DNA of 64,000 bases from Candidatus Krumholzibacteriia bacterium (GCA_041484665.1 JBGPIA010000002.1:640001-704000); one strand, 5' to 3'. Positions 18,113 through 32,291 are shown, counted from the first letter of the stretch. Numbers and translations: made by a program. The notes: generated by a model from the letters alone, not told the origin.

Positions 18113-19206
18113 CCGAGCCCACCCCGCGTGCGGTACGCCTCGAACAGCCGCCCCCAGGGTGTCTTGTTGTAACGGCGGATGATGCTGCGCCCCACCGTGG
18201 GGTACCAGATCCCATCGTGATACACGTTGCTGGCGAAGGGCGCCCAGACCATCAGGGGCGAATGCAGCGCGATCTTCTCCAGGAAGCGCAGCGGGCCGCG
18301 CCGGAGCATCTGGTCGCCCCAGATCACCAGGCTGCGCGAGACCTTGAAGCCGAAGTTCACGCCGGAGACGTCCTCTCCCACCACCTCGATGTCCTCGGTG
18401 CGCGCGCGGCCCAGGCCGCGCTCGTCGCACATGCGCAGGTACGGGATCGCCATGGGGTCGAAGCCCATCATCCTGGCCGCCACCGCGTCGATGGCCACGC
18501 TGTCCGCGGAGGCGAGCAGCACGTTCTGGATGCTGGGCTTCATCGTGCGCGGCCCCGCGCCATTGCCACAAACTGTCCCGTCCATCACAGCGAAGACATT
18601 GGGGTGCAGCTCCCGCTGCATGTACATGAGATCCACGAGCACCTCGTGCATGTGCTTGTGAGCGTAGTGCCGCACCTCTTTCAGCAGGCCGCCAAAGGAG
18701 TTCTTGATTGCGCCGGTGGTGATGCTGTGCCCGTGCGTCTTCACCGTGGGCAGGTGCAGGATGTCGCGCCCGACGTACATCTTGGGGATCTCGATCCCTT
18801 CGGGGAAGATGCGGTTGAGCTTGAGCAGCGGGCTCTTGAACGGGTAGACGGTCCACTCCACTTCGGGCAGCGGCGTGAAGCCGAAACCGTGCTCGCGCAG
18901 CACCGGCTCCCACAGGTTGTTGCGCGCGCCCTTGCGCGGGTTGGTCACCACGGTCTTGTTCTCGACGCAGAAGACGCGCTGCGGTGAGAAGTGCGCGTCC
19001 TTGAGGGCGCGCAGCACCCCGTCCACCTGCCAGGGCTGGCTGCTGCAGGCGGGGAAGTACTTGGTCCACGACAGGTTGAGCTTGACGAGCAGGTCCCGCT
19101 GCGGGCTGAGGTGCTCGTGCCAGTCGGCCAGCTCCATCACGCGACGGTAGTCGTCGAGCACCGTCTCGGGCGTGGTGCTGACCACCGCGACCTTGCTGCG
19201 TGCCAT
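18109..19206 (-). CDS. DUF362 domain-containing protein
   Basis: LLVKLNLSW, LPTVKTHGH.ITTGAIKN.FG, VMDGTVCG.GAGP, LASADSVAIDAVAARMMGFDP. Confidence 0.85.
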   Translation of the reverse strand: MARSKVAVVSTTPETVLDDYRRVMELADWHEHLSPQRDLLVKLNLSWTKYFPACSSQPWQVDGVLRALKDAHFSPQRVFCVENKTVVTNPRKGARNNLWEPVLREHGFGFTPLPEVEWTVYPFKSPLLKLNRIFPEGIEIPKMYVGRDILHLPTVKTHGHSITTGAIKNSFGGLLKEVRHYAHKHMHEVLVDLMYMQRELHPNVFAVMDGTVCGNGAGPRTMKPSIQNVLLASADSVAIDAVAARMMGFDPMAIPYLRMCDERGLGRARTEDIEVVGEDVSGVNFGFKVSRSLVIWGDQMLRRGPLRFLEKIALHSPLMVWAPFASNVYHDGIWYPTVGRSIIRRYNKTPWGRLFEAYRTRGGLG

Positions 19207-19272
19207 GGGCTGCTCCTTGAAGGTGGTGTGGTCCTGCTCGCCCCCGCGCGGGCACGGGTCAGCCGTCTCGGC

Positions 19273-20154
19273 TCAGGTGCGGTACAGGATCCAGCCGACG
19301 CACACGACCCAGAGCAGAACGGTAACCATAATCGATTTCTCGTGGAGCAGCATCTCGGCCGGATCGTCCCCCTTGTCCCGCTCCATCACCAAGAAGAGGT
19401 ACCGTCCGATGCCGTAGAACACGAACGGCACGGTGAACACCAGCGCCTCGGTGCCGAACTTCGCCACCGTGTCCGGCCAGATCGTGTAGAGGCAGTAGCT
19501 CTGGATCGTGAGGGCCGCCGCGATGGCGATCAGCCGGTCGAGGAACTCCGGCCCGTAGCTGCGCAGGATGGCGCGGTGGTTGGCATCGACCACGGCCGCC
19601 TCGCGCCGGCGCTTGGTCAGCCCCAGGAACAGCGACAGGAAGAAGGTGCACACCAAGAGCCAGGCCGAGATCGTCACGTGGGTGCCGGCGCCCGCCAGCA
19701 CCTCGGCCCCGGCGATCGCCCGCAGGACGAAGCCCGCCGCGATGGCCATCACGTCCAGCAGCACCAGGTTGCGCAGCACCAGGGAGTAGAGGACGTTGAG
19801 CGTGAGATAGGCGACGGCCACCAGCAGGAAGTTATGCCCCAGCCATGCGGCGCACAGCAGCGCCAGCGGCGGAAGCACCGCCAGCGCTCCCCAGGCGGTC
19901 GCCGGGCGCAGCCGGCCCGAGGCGATGGGGCGCAGGCGCTTGCGCGGGTGGGACCGGTCGCGCTCCCGGTCCTTCAGGTCGTTGAACAGGTAAACGGTCC
20001 CGCTGAGCAGGCAGAACACGCAAAACCCCAGCACCGCGTGCAACAGCAGGCGCGGATCCTCGGCCCGGCGGGCGAAGATCGGGGCGGCGAAGAGGACGAG
20101 GTTCTTCGTCCACTGCCGGGGGCGCAGGCTGCGCAGGAGCTGGACCAGCTGCAT
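19273..20154 (-). CDS. UbiA-family prenyltransferase (decaprenyl-phosphate phosphoribosyltransferase-like)
   Basis: LRPRQWTKNL, YLFNDLKD.ERDR.HPRK..RPIASG, LDV..IA.GFVLRA, KRR.E; multiple TM helices. Confidence 0.9.
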   Translation of the reverse strand: MQLVQLLRSLRPRQWTKNLVLFAAPIFARRAEDPRLLLHAVLGFCVFCLLSGTVYLFNDLKDRERDRSHPRKRLRPIASGRLRPATAWGALAVLPPLALLCAAWLGHNFLLVAVAYLTLNVLYSLVLRNLVLLDVMAIAAGFVLRAIAGAEVLAGAGTHVTISAWLLVCTFFLSLFLGLTKRRREAAVVDANHRAILRSYGPEFLDRLIAIAAALTIQSYCLYTIWPDTVAKFGTEALVFTVPFVFYGIGRYLFLVMERDKGDDPAEMLLHEKSIMVTVLLWVVCVGWILYRT

Positions 20155-20199
20155 CGTGGCCGAGTGACGGGACGCTTCGCCGTCGGTAGGCTTTGCCGT

Positions 20200-21615
20200 C
20201 TAGTACGCGTTCTCGCCCTTGAGCACGCTCTTGAGCGTGCGGAGCAGGATACGCATGTCCAGTCCCAAAGACCAGTTCTCGATGTAATGCAGGTCGTAGA
20301 GCGTGCGGACCTCGATCGGCGTGTTCCCCCGCAGGCCGTTGACCTGGGCCCAGCCGGTCAGCCCGCTGCGCACGCAGTGCCGCTCCAGGTAGCGAGGCAC
20401 GGTCTGCTCGAACTGCTGGGCGAAGTGGGCCCGCTCGGGGCGGGGCCCCACCAGGCTCATGTCCCCTCGCAGGACGTTCCACAGCTGCGGCAGCTCGTCG
20501 AGGCTCAAGCGCCTCAGCCACGCTCCCACCCACGTGCGCCGGGGGTCGTCCTTCGCCGCCCACACCGGGCCGAGGCCGGTCTCGGCGCCAGAGCGCATGG
20601 TGCGGAACTTCAGCATGTAGAACAGCCGATTGTCGCGCCCTAGCCGCTCTTGGCGGTAGAGCACCGCACCCTGCGAGCCGAACTTGACCGCCGTCGCGAC
20701 GACCAGCAGGAAGGGTGACAGCAGCAGCAGCCCCAGCGCGGACAGGGTGAGGTCGAAGCTGCGTTTGACGATCCGGTCGATGCCCGACAGCCCCACCTCC
20801 CGCACGCTGATGAACGGCAGGCCGGCGATCTCCTTGAGGCGCATGCGGCTGGTGTGGATGCGCTGCATGTCGGGCACGAACTGCACGTCGACGTGCGTGG
20901 GCGAGAGCACCTCGGCGATGTGGGTCACGGCGGCCAGTCGCTCGAAGGGCAGCGCCAGGATCACCAGATCCACGCGCTGCTCCTCCACCACGCGCGCCAG
21001 ATCTGCGTAGCCGCCCAGCACGGGGAGGTCGGGCCGGCGAGCGCCGTCGGGGGACTCCTCCTCCACCTCGCCGATCACCTGCACGCCCAGGCCGGGCAGG
21101 TGCGCGAAGGTCTCCAGCAGTCGATCGCGCATGCCCGTGCGCCCCAGCAGCACCACGCGCGCGACGCCGATCCCGTGGCGCACGACGCGCCGCAGCGCCA
21201 TGCGCGCCGCCGCGCGCCCCACCACCAGGAACAGCAGACTCATCAGGAAGAATACGCCGAAGAAGCTGCGCGAGTAGCTGAAGGAGCGCAGGAAGAACGC
21301 CAGTGCGAGCACCACGAGGCTGCCGATCACCACCCCCTTGCCCAGGCCGAAGACGTCCTCCTCGATGCTCTTGCGGCGAGTCGCGTCGTAGAGCCCTTCG
21401 GCGTAGAAGATGCCGGCCCACACCAGCAGCAGGACCAGGCTCGTGTAGAAATACGGCGCGAACGGCGGCACACCCAGCGGCGTGAGGAACCAGCCGGACC
21501 GAAAACGCATGAGGTAGGTAAGGGCGAACGCCGCCTCCAGCGCCAGCAGGTCGCTGGCGAGGTAGACCGCGGGCTGGACCAGATCCGCTTTGCGCGAGCG
21601 CATCGTCCGCAGCAT
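20200..21615 (-). CDS. Undecaprenyl-phosphate glucose phosphotransferase (WcaJ-like priming glycosyltransferase)
   Basis: N-terminal TM helices; [50 protein letters not shown]. Start is 21615 or 21603. Confidence 0.93.
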   Translation of the reverse strand: MLRTMRSRKADLVQPAVYLASDLLALEAAFALTYLMRFRSGWFLTPLGVPPFAPYFYTSLVLLLVWAGIFYAEGLYDATRRKSIEEDVFGLGKGVVIGSLVVLALAFFLRSFSYSRSFFGVFFLMSLLFLVVGRAAARMALRRVVRHGIGVARVVLLGRTGMRDRLLETFAHLPGLGVQVIGEVEEESPDGARRPDLPVLGGYADLARVVEEQRVDLVILALPFERLAAVTHIAEVLSPTHVDVQFVPDMQRIHTSRMRLKEIAGLPFISVREVGLSGIDRIVKRSFDLTLSALGLLLLSPFLLVVATAVKFGSQGAVLYRQERLGRDNRLFYMLKFRTMRSGAETGLGPVWAAKDDPRRTWVGAWLRRLSLDELPQLWNVLRGDMSLVGPRPERAHFAQQFEQTVPRYLERHCVRSGLTGWAQVNGLRGNTPIEVRTLYDLHYIENWSLGLDMRILLRTLKSVLKGENAY

Positions 21616-21616
21616 G

Positions 21617-22807
21617 TCAGGCCACCCCCGCGCCCTGGCGTGCCGTTGTCCCAGCGAGGGCCTGCTGCAGGAGCGTCCCCATCGCCGACGCGAAACGCTG
21701 TGGGCTGAAGCGGCGGGCGTGCTCGTGCATCGCTTGCGGGTCGAAACGCCGCCCCTCGCGCTCGAAACGGTCCAGGGCCGCAGCCAACCCGCAAGGCGAT
21801 GCGTCCTCGTAGAACTGGGCGGTGACACCGTCGATCATGGTGTCCAGCACTCCGCCCTGCGCGAGCGCGATGACCGGCAGCCCGCACGCCGCCGCCTCGA
21901 TGGGCGTCAGCCCGAAGTCCTCGACGCCGGGGAAGAGGAACGCGCGGTGCGAGCGCAGCAGCTGCGCCACCTGCGCGTCGCTGACCGCGCCCAGCAAATC
22001 GATGCGGTCGGCTGCGCCCAGCGCACGCGCCAGACGCTGCAAGCGAGGCAGCTCGGGCCCAGAGCCGGCGACGGTCAAGCGCCGCCCGCTGCGCGCACAC
22101 GCCTCCACCGCCACGTCGACCCGCTTGTAGGGCACCAGCGCGGAGATGATGAGGTAACGGTCCGTGCGGGGCGTTCCTTGGAGCGGCATGCCCAGCCCCT
22201 GCAGGTCGACGGGAGCGGGTAGGATTTCCACCCGTTCCGCCGGCACGCCGTAGCAGCGCACGATCCGCTCCTGCACGCAGCGGCTGATGGCCACGAAGCG
22301 GTCGACGCGCGCGGCCGTGGCCCGGTCCCAGCGCCGCAAGCGCTCCGCGGCCCGCGCCACGAGCGCCCGTCGCGGCCCGCGCAGGTGCCCGAAGTAGGTG
22401 TCGTAGGAGTCCCACACGTAGCGCATCGGCGTGAAGCAGTAGCACACGTGCACCCCGCGGGGAGCGCGCACACCCTTGGCCACGCAGTGGCTGGTGCTGA
22501 TCACCAGGTCGTAGCCCGAGAGGTCGAGTCGGTCGGCCCAGGCAGGGAACAGCGGCAGCAGCCAGCGGTAATAGCGCTGGGAGGCGGGCAGCCGGTTCAT
22601 CCACGAGGCGTGGACGGTGAGCCGCTCGATCGCGGGGTGGCTGGAGCCCGGCACGTGGAAGAGCGTGTAGAGCTCCGCCTGGGGGAGCAGCTCGGCAAAG
22701 ATCCGCAGCACCTTCTCCCCGCCGCGGTAGCCGGTGAGCCAGTCGTGCACCAGCGCCACACGGGGCGCGCCCGGAAGCTGCAACGGCGGCAACGTGGGCC
22801 CAGCCAT
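21617..22807 (-). CDS. Glycosyltransferase family 4
   Basis: VALVHDWL.GYRGGEKVL, YCFTPMRYVWD, EDFGLTPIEAAACGLPV. Confidence 0.93.
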   Translation of the reverse strand: MAGPTLPPLQLPGAPRVALVHDWLTGYRGGEKVLRIFAELLPQAELYTLFHVPGSSHPAIERLTVHASWMNRLPASQRYYRWLLPLFPAWADRLDLSGYDLVISTSHCVAKGVRAPRGVHVCYCFTPMRYVWDSYDTYFGHLRGPRRALVARAAERLRRWDRATAARVDRFVAISRCVQERIVRCYGVPAERVEILPAPVDLQGLGMPLQGTPRTDRYLIISALVPYKRVDVAVEACARSGRRLTVAGSGPELPRLQRLARALGAADRIDLLGAVSDAQVAQLLRSHRAFLFPGVEDFGLTPIEAAACGLPVIALAQGGVLDTMIDGVTAQFYEDASPCGLAAALDRFEREGRRFDPQAMHEHARRFSPQRFASAMGTLLQQALAGTTARQGAGVA

Positions 22808-22814
22808 GGATCGC

Positions 22815-23533
22815 CTAGCTCCCACCCTCGCTGCGGCGGCGGTTGCGCCGCGGCGCCCCAGCCCGCGGCGCCGCGCCGGCGGCGGCCGCGCGCTGTGCGG
22901 GCGCGGCGCGCTCGAGGCCTGACGCCTGCACCGCTTGTCTCGCCACGGTCGGGGGAAACCCGCGCGCGACCAGGAAACGCATCTCCGCCACGGCCGAGGC
23001 CGCGCGCGCCGGGACGCGGCGCCGCGCCGCCAGCGCCTGCCGCGCAAGCTCGAGCTCGCGCTCCGCGGGCACGACCTCGCCCACCCCGGCCCGCGCGTCC
23101 TCGCGCGCCACACCCTGGGACCGCAGCCGCGCCAGGAGCCACGCGCGTCCCACCGGGCGTCGCGCGAGCTGGTCGGCGGCAAACGCCCGGGCGAAGTCCC
23201 GGTCGTCCAGCAGGCCCTGGGCGGCGAGCTGCTCCAGCACGGCATCGGTGGGTGCCTCGTCCGCGCCGGCGCGCAGGAGCCGCTCGCGCAGGCGGGCGCG
23301 GCTGTAACGGCGGCGCGCCAACAGGCGCAGAGCGGCACGGGCCGCCGCCTTGCGCGCCGCGGCCGCCTGCAGCGCGCCGCGCTGCCGCGCGTCGAGCAAC
23401 TGGCCCGCGGACAGTCCGCGCACCTCGGGAGCGTCAGGGGCCACCTCCGCGATGGCCCCGTCGCTCAGCACGACCCGCAGCGTTCGGGACTCCGCGTCCA
23501 GGTCCACCCGGACGATGTGGACGTCGTCCTCGT

Positions 23534-23537
<4 letters not shown>
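22815..23537 (-). CDS. recX: Regulatory protein RecX
   Basis: [35 protein letters not shown]; overlaps the recA stop. Confidence 0.9.
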
Positions 23538-24841
<1,304 letters not shown>

Positions 24842-24935
24842 GGCCGTGCCTTTCTCGGGAAAGCGTCTTAATGTCCGGCTGGGAGGCGGAAAACGAAGGG
24901 AGGCGACCGGGAGGTCGCTCTGACGCCGCAGCGGC

Positions 24936-24964
24936 AATGTAGCACGCGTCCGGGACCGGATCAA
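24936..24964 (-). promoter_or_regulatory. Sigma70-type promoter of recA
   Basis: TTGATC-17 bp-TACATT with a TGn extended -10. Confidence 0.65.
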
Positions 24965-25014
24965 CCGGGGGTGGCCGCCCGCCAGGACGAGGCCGGGCGG
25001 GGCCGCGCGCGGCC

Positions 25015-25557
25015 TCAGCCAGGCAGCTTGGCGCTGTGCTGGACGGTCAGCCCAGATCCGCCGTCGGCCAGCAGCGCAAGCTCGCGGACGCTCATCGTCC
25101 ACGACTTGCCCGCCAGGGCCGCCTGCAGCTCCAGCTGTGCCTTCGCAGAGGGCGATCTCCCAAAGCGGGCCAGCAGCAGCTTCGGCCGCCACGGCGCCTC
25201 CACCTTCGGCTGCAGCTGCGCGGGCAGCTTGTGCAAGGTGGAGAGCGTGAGCGCCTGGAGCATCCCGGCGTTCTGCGCCGTGGCGATCCAGGCCTGCCGT
25301 ACCTTGCCCCACCGCCCGGAGAAGCTCAGGCCGGCCAGCTGGATCTCGAAGCCCTGGTGGGCGGCCGCCGCTTTGTCGATGGCGAAGCTCACGTGGTGCT
25401 GCAGCGCCGGGTCGATCTCCCCCAGATTCTGCAGCCGCACGGCCAGCTCCGAGTCCGTCAGCCACTGCGCGGGGCAGAGCGAGGAGAGCATGGTGCGCAG
25501 CGCGGCGATCTGCGGCAGGACCGTCTTGGACAACATGACGCCGAGCAGGGCGCCCAT
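25015..25557 (-). CDS. ThpR-like 2H-fold protein lacking both HxT catalytic motifs
   Basis: GAAGGAG RBS; colinear similarity to the adjacent ThpR ([15 protein letters not shown] vs [22 protein letters not shown]...PKLLLAR vs LPAALRP...AHLTLAR). Confidence 0.75.
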   Translation of the reverse strand: MGALLGVMLSKTVLPQIAALRTMLSSLCPAQWLTDSELAVRLQNLGEIDPALQHHVSFAIDKAAAAHQGFEIQLAGLSFSGRWGKVRQAWIATAQNAGMLQALTLSTLHKLPAQLQPKVEAPWRPKLLLARFGRSPSAKAQLELQAALAGKSWTMSVRELALLADGGSGLTVQHSAKLPG

Positions 25558-25701
25558 GGCGTGCTCCTTCGGGGATGGCGTGGACGGTGGGGCAACAGGA
25601 TGCCGGGAGCGCGCGATTCCGTCTAGAGCCTCGCAGCGTGCGGCGGCGGCACGCAGCCGGCACCGGCACGCGCCGCGGGTCGCCCGCCGGGCGGGCCGGG
25701 C

Positions 25702-26256
25702 TCAGCCCCGCAGCGGTGCGTTGCCACGTTCATAGTAGGTGGCCCCGCTGGGCGCCAGGCGGCTCTCCATGACCGCCACGCTCTGGCAGCTGAAGCCGAA
25801 GCGGCGCGCCGCCAGCGCGTCGGCCGTCGCCTGCAGCGCGCCCGGATCGGGCGGCGTGCGCGGGCGCGCCAGGGTCAGGTGCGCGGAGAACGCTCGCGGT
25901 TGCTGTGGCCGCAGCGCGGCGGGCAGCGCCGCAACCACGTCCGCGGCCAGGCGGCTCAGCTGCAACTCGCCGGCGGCGGTGCGCAGCAGGAGCACCCGCG
26001 CGTGGCGCAGGCTGTCGAAGGCGCCCAGGCCCTGCAGCGCCAGCTCGAAGGGCGCGTGCCGCGCGGCAGCCCCCTGGACGGCACTCAGCACTCCGTCCAG
26101 GCGCGCGGCGGCGATCTCGTCCAGAAACGCGAGCGTCAGGTGGAGGTTTTCCGCGGGAGTCCACCGTACGCGCAGGCCGGCTGCGGCCTGCGCCACGGCG
26201 CCCGCGATCTCCGCGCGCAGCGCCAGTGGCGGCACCACCGCCAAGAACAGCCTCAT
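25702..26256 (-). CDS. thpR: RNA 2',3'-cyclic phosphodiesterase
   Basis: [34 protein letters not shown]; usual cinA-thpR-recA context. Confidence 0.93.
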   Translation of the reverse strand: MRLFLAVVPPLALRAEIAGAVAQAAAGLRVRWTPAENLHLTLAFLDEIAAARLDGVLSAVQGAAARHAPFELALQGLGAFDSLRHARVLLLRTAAGELQLSRLAADVVAALPAALRPQQPRAFSAHLTLARPRTPPDPGALQATADALAARRFGFSCQSVAVMESRLAPSGATYYERGNAPLRG

Positions 26257-26278
26257 CGCTCCCGCCGTGCGCCCGGGC

Positions 26279-27529
26279 TCATGGCAGGCGGGGCTGGATG
26301 GCCAGCGCTCGGCGCAGCAGATCCAGCGCCGCCGCCACGCTCCAGGTCCGGTTCTGAGTGCGGTCGCCTGGGAACGCCGAGCGCTCGGCCTGCGTTGCGC
26401 CCGGGCCGGCGAGTGCGACCCAGGTCATCCCCACCGGCTTCTCCGCCGTTGCACCCGCAGGGCCGGCGATGCCGGTGACCGCCAGCCCCCAGTCGGTGCG
26501 CAGCCGGTCGCGAACGCCTGTGGCCATCGCCCGGGCGGCCTCCTCGCTCACGGCGCCAAAGCTTCGCAGCAGGTCCTCCGGCACGCCGAGCGCCTCCACC
26601 TTCACAGCGTCGTGATAGGCGATCACGCCGCCACGGAATGCTGCGCTGCTGCCCGGGACACGCGTGAGACAGCCGCCCAACAGTCCCGCGGTGCACGACT
26701 CCGCGACCGACAGGGTCTGGCGGCGACGCAGCAGCTCCTCCACCACGACGCGCTCGAGCCCCGCATCGCCCACCGCGTACACGTGGGGTGCCAGGCGCGC
26801 CAGCAGGGTGGCCCCCGCGGCGTCCAGATCGGCCTGCTCGTCGCCGGCCAACAGCAGCAGGTCCACGCCGAATTCGTTGACGAGGTAGCCGCGCTCGATC
26901 GCGCCGCCCTGCCCCAGCGCCGCGTCCACGGCGTCGGCCAGCGCCGACTCGGGCAGCCGCGCGGTGCGCAAGCGCAGGCGCCGCGGCGCGTTGCCCGCAA
27001 CCAGCGGCGCCACGATGCCCTCGGCGGTGGCTTCCCACATGGCGTGCAACTCCGCGGGGACGCCGGGCAGGAGCACAACGGGAACGCCGTCGAGCAGGTG
27101 CAGCAGCCCCGGCGCCGTGCCGCGCGGATTGGGGATCGGCTTGCCGGAGACCGTGCGATACGCCTGGCGGCGGTTGCTTTCGGGCATCGTCCTGCCCCGC
27201 CGGCGCCAGCGCTCGTGCAGCGCGGCGAGCAGCTCCAGGTCCAGCACCAGCTCCTCCTGCGCGGCGCGCGCGAGGCCCTCGCGCGAGAGATCGTCGGAGG
27301 TGGGCCCCAGGCCGCCAGCGACCACCACGGCCGCGCTCTCCGCGCTGCCGTGCAGGATCGCCGCCGCGATCCCCGCCACGTCGTCCGGCACGACCCGGAG
27401 GGAGTCGACGCATCCGCGCAGGACGGTGATGCGCTCGATCAGCCAGGCGCTGTTGGTGTCGCGCACGCGCCCGTCGAGCAGCTCGTCGCCGACCATGACC
27501 AGCGCCACGCCGCGCGGCGCCCGCGTCAA
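26279..27529 (-). CDS. cinA: Competence/damage-inducible protein A (NMN deamidase related)
   Basis: VGDELLDG.VRDTN, GGLGPTSDDLS, LPGVP.E, AESCTAGLLG, TGIAGP; TTG start overlaps the pgpA stop. Confidence 0.94.
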   Translation of the reverse strand: MTRAPRGVALVMVGDELLDGRVRDTNSAWLIERITVLRGCVDSLRVVPDDVAGIAAAILHGSAESAAVVVAGGLGPTSDDLSREGLARAAQEELVLDLELLAALHERWRRRGRTMPESNRRQAYRTVSGKPIPNPRGTAPGLLHLLDGVPVVLLPGVPAELHAMWEATAEGIVAPLVAGNAPRRLRLRTARLPESALADAVDAALGQGGAIERGYLVNEFGVDLLLLAGDEQADLDAAGATLLARLAPHVYAVGDAGLERVVVEELLRRRQTLSVAESCTAGLLGGCLTRVPGSSAAFRGGVIAYHDAVKVEALGVPEDLLRSFGAVSEEAARAMATGVRDRLRTDWGLAVTGIAGPAGATAEKPVGMTWVALAGPGATQAERSAFPGDRTQNRTWSVAAALDLLRRALAIQPRLP

Positions 27530-27984
27530 CCGAGGTGCGTGCGTGCCCACAGCATCATCCCCACGACGATGCGCGCCTGGATCCCGGCGATGACGTCGTC
27601 GGCCATCACGCCCCAGCCTGCGGGCAGCCGCTCCGCCTGGCGCGCGGGAGGCAGCTTCAGCACGTCGAACGCCCGGAACAACACGAATGCCGCGCCGACG
27701 TTGATCCAGTCGAGCGGAACCGCCAGCAGCGTGATCAACATGCCGGCCACCTCGTCGACGGTCGCTTGCTTGGGATCGTGGCCGTAGATGCGCTCGAGCG
27801 CCGAGCAGGCCGGCACGCCCAGTACCAGAGTCGCTGCCAGGAGCGTACTCTGCAGCGGCACCGAGCCGGCGTGGAACGCCAGCAGCAGCGCCGCGACCAG
27901 CAGGCTGGTCCAGGTGGCCGGAATCACCGGAATCAGCCCGACGCCGAAGCAGGTGCCCACGACGATCGCAAGAGGCCGCGGCAT
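27526..27984 (-). CDS. pgpA: Phosphatidylglycerophosphatase A
   Basis: HDP...VDEVAG, FVLFRAFDVLK.PP, GWGVMADDVIAG. Confidence 0.93.
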   Translation of the reverse strand: MPRPLAIVVGTCFGVGLIPVIPATWTSLLVAALLLAFHAGSVPLQSTLLAATLVLGVPACSALERIYGHDPKQATVDEVAGMLITLLAVPLDWINVGAAFVLFRAFDVLKLPPARQAERLPAGWGVMADDVIAGIQARIVVGMMLWARTHLG

Positions 27985-28043
27985 GATGGGCGACAGAGTA
28001 GGCGCGGGCGGCGCGGGCGGTCAAGCCGCGCGCGAGGGGGGGC

Positions 28044-28622
<579 letters not shown>

Positions 28623-28651
28623 GGCGCTCTCCCAGCAGGTCGACGGAGACG

Positions 28652-29155
28652 TCAGTCGACGAACAGGTTGTCGATCTCGGCCTCGACTCCCTTGGTGAAA
28701 TCCGAGTCCGCCAGGGGATGGTCGTATTCCTCGTTGCGGTATTCCAGCTTCTCGAACAGGCGCTCCAGGATCGCGCTCAGCTCGTCTACCGCGCGCTTCA
28801 CGCGCAGCCGCACCAGCCCCAGCGTCGTGGTCTTGTCGAACAACACGACCAGGATCACGTCGCGGGCGATCTTGCTCAGGTACATGCTCTCGTCGGAGCC
28901 CTGGTGGTAGAGCGTCGAGAAGTCCTTTTCACCGATGAGCTTGGCGAGCTGATTGTTCGCCTCGAAATCCGCGGCGCACAGGCTGGCGAAGCTCACGATA
29001 TCGAAGTCGGGCGGCGTGCCGATATTGCTGATCAGCTGCCCGGTCCTGTCGATCAGGAGCGTGCTGCGCGAGTTGCTGCTCTTGAGCAGATCGGCGAGCA
29101 CGCTGTTGATCGCCCAGTAGTCCTCTTCGAAGATCGACCAGTCGGCCTTGACCAT
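28652..29155 (-). CDS. mglB: MglB roadblock/LC7 GTPase-activating protein
   Basis: [46 protein letters not shown]; start ATG 29155. Confidence 0.93.
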   Translation of the reverse strand: MVKADWSIFEEDYWAINSVLADLLKSSNSRSTLLIDRTGQLISNIGTPPDFDIVSFASLCAADFEANNQLAKLIGEKDFSTLYHQGSDESMYLSKIARDVILVVLFDKTTTLGLVRLRVKRAVDELSAILERLFEKLEYRNEEYDHPLADSDFTKGVEAEIDNLFVD

Positions 29156-29484
29156 GGTGCTCTCGTTGCTGGGGTGGCGCCCGCTGGCCACCGCGTCCGC
29201 CGGTCCGCGACGGCTCGCCCGTCCCCCGCGCAGCGCATCCGCCGCCGACGGGAAGACGGCGCGAACGGGGAGCACGCGCCGCGGAGCTGACGCCGGCGGC
29301 CCTTCGGCCCTGTCCCGGCGCGCCCGGTCCAAGCCGGGCAACGCAAGAAGCATGCACAAGAAAGGCCCAGCGCCGGCGACCCGGGCCGCCCGCGCGGTGC
29401 GGCTTCCGGGGAGCGGCCGGCGGCGGGGAGCCGGCAGGATTTGCCGGGCGAAGCTCCTTGCAAAACGCGAGGCGCAGCGCCCCG

Positions 29485-30093
29485 TCAGCGCAGGGGGCGC
29501 CGGCCGGAGAAGGCCCGCTCCAGCGTCACCTCGTCGACGTACTCCAGGTCGCCGCCTACAGGGATGCCCGTGGCGAGGCGGGTCACCTGCACCGGCAGCT
29601 CCTGGAGCATGCGCGCGACGTAGAGGGCCGTCGCCTCTCCCTCGACGCTGCCCGAGAGCGCCAGCACGACCTCGCGCACGCCCTCGTCACGCACCCGCTG
29701 CGCCAGTGCGGCCAGACGCAGCTGAGCCGGCTCCACGCCTTCCAACGGCGAGAGCAGCCCACCCAGCACGTGGTAGCGGCCGCGGAAGACGGCCGCGCGC
29801 TCCATCGAGAACACGTCTTGGGCCTGCCCCACCACGCACAACAGCGCGGGATCGCGCCGAGCGTCCTGGCAGAGGTCGCAGCGCTCGCCCTCGGCGATCG
29901 CGCCACAGCGCGCGCACGGCTGCACGTGCGCCTTCATGTCCAGGATCGCCTGCACCAGTGATTGCGCCTCCGCGGCGGGCTCCTCCAGCAGGTGCAGGGC
30001 GATGCGCGCGGCGGATTTCTGCCCGATCCCGGGCAGGCGGGAGAGCTGCTGGACCAGGCGCTCCAGACGAACGGATCCGAGGGGATGCTTCAC
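29485..30093 (-). CDS. recR: Recombination mediator RecR
   Basis: LPGIGQKSA.R, CxxC...CxxC, YHVLGG.LSP, EGEATA, G.DLEYVD. Confidence 0.97.
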   Translation of the reverse strand: MKHPLGSVRLERLVQQLSRLPGIGQKSAARIALHLLEEPAAEAQSLVQAILDMKAHVQPCARCGAIAEGERCDLCQDARRDPALLCVVGQAQDVFSMERAAVFRGRYHVLGGLLSPLEGVEPAQLRLAALAQRVRDEGVREVVLALSGSVEGEATALYVARMLQELPVQVTRLATGIPVGGDLEYVDEVTLERAFSGRRPLR

Positions 30094-30136
30094 GATCGCA
30101 GCGAGCGCGGCCGCAGTGGCAGCGCGGGACGGCGGC

Positions 30137-30448
30137 TCAGAACAGCCCCGGCAGGTTGAGCCCGCCGGCGAGCTGGCCCATGGCCTCCTGCGCCATCGCG
30201 GCCGCCTTCTTCTGGCCTTCCTGCACCGCGGCGACGATCAAGTCCTCGAGGAGCTCCACGTCCTGCCCCTGCAAGGCCTGCGGACCGATCTTCAGCGCGA
30301 CGAGCTCCTGGTGCCCATTGACGACGGCGGTCACGAGCCCGCCGCCACTCTGCGCCTCGACCTTGCGCTGGGCGAGCTGCTCCTGCAGCTGCGCCATCTG
30401 CTGCTGCATCTCCTGCGCGCGCTTCATGAGCTGCTGGAAGTCGGGCAT
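30137..30448 (-). CDS. ybaB: YbaB/EbfC nucleoid-associated protein
   Basis: MKRAQEMQ, SGGGLVT.VVNG, DVELLEDLIVAA; between dnaX and recR. Confidence 0.95.
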   Translation of the reverse strand: MPDFQQLMKRAQEMQQQMAQLQEQLAQRKVEAQSGGGLVTAVVNGHQELVALKIGPQALQGQDVELLEDLIVAAVQEGQKKAAAMAQEAMGQLAGGLNLPGLF

Positions 30449-30541
30449 CGCGGTGTACCTCTGGGCTGGCCTGCGTCGATCGCGCGAAGACGACCCGGCG
30501 GGGAGCATCCGGGGGGCTACCCTACGTCCGTCACCTGGGGG

Positions 30542-32245
<1,704 letters not shown>

Positions 32246-32291
32246 GACCCCGGATCGGTCGGGAGGCGGCCCCGGCTGCCCGGCGGGGAGA

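Noticed and set aside
18113..19255. 682-aa ORF suggesting a fusion to IspE
   Set aside because: The upstream part is an alternative frame of the DUF362 gene; IspE starts at 18112.
24842..25669. 711-aa RecA ORF suggesting an N-terminal fusion or intein
   Set aside because: RecA begins at ATG 24841 with its own promoter; the extension overlaps another gene and the core is uninterrupted.
29343..29358. Sigma54 promoter upstream of mglB (GTGCATGCTTCTTGC)
   Set aside because: It lacks the invariant GG at -24.
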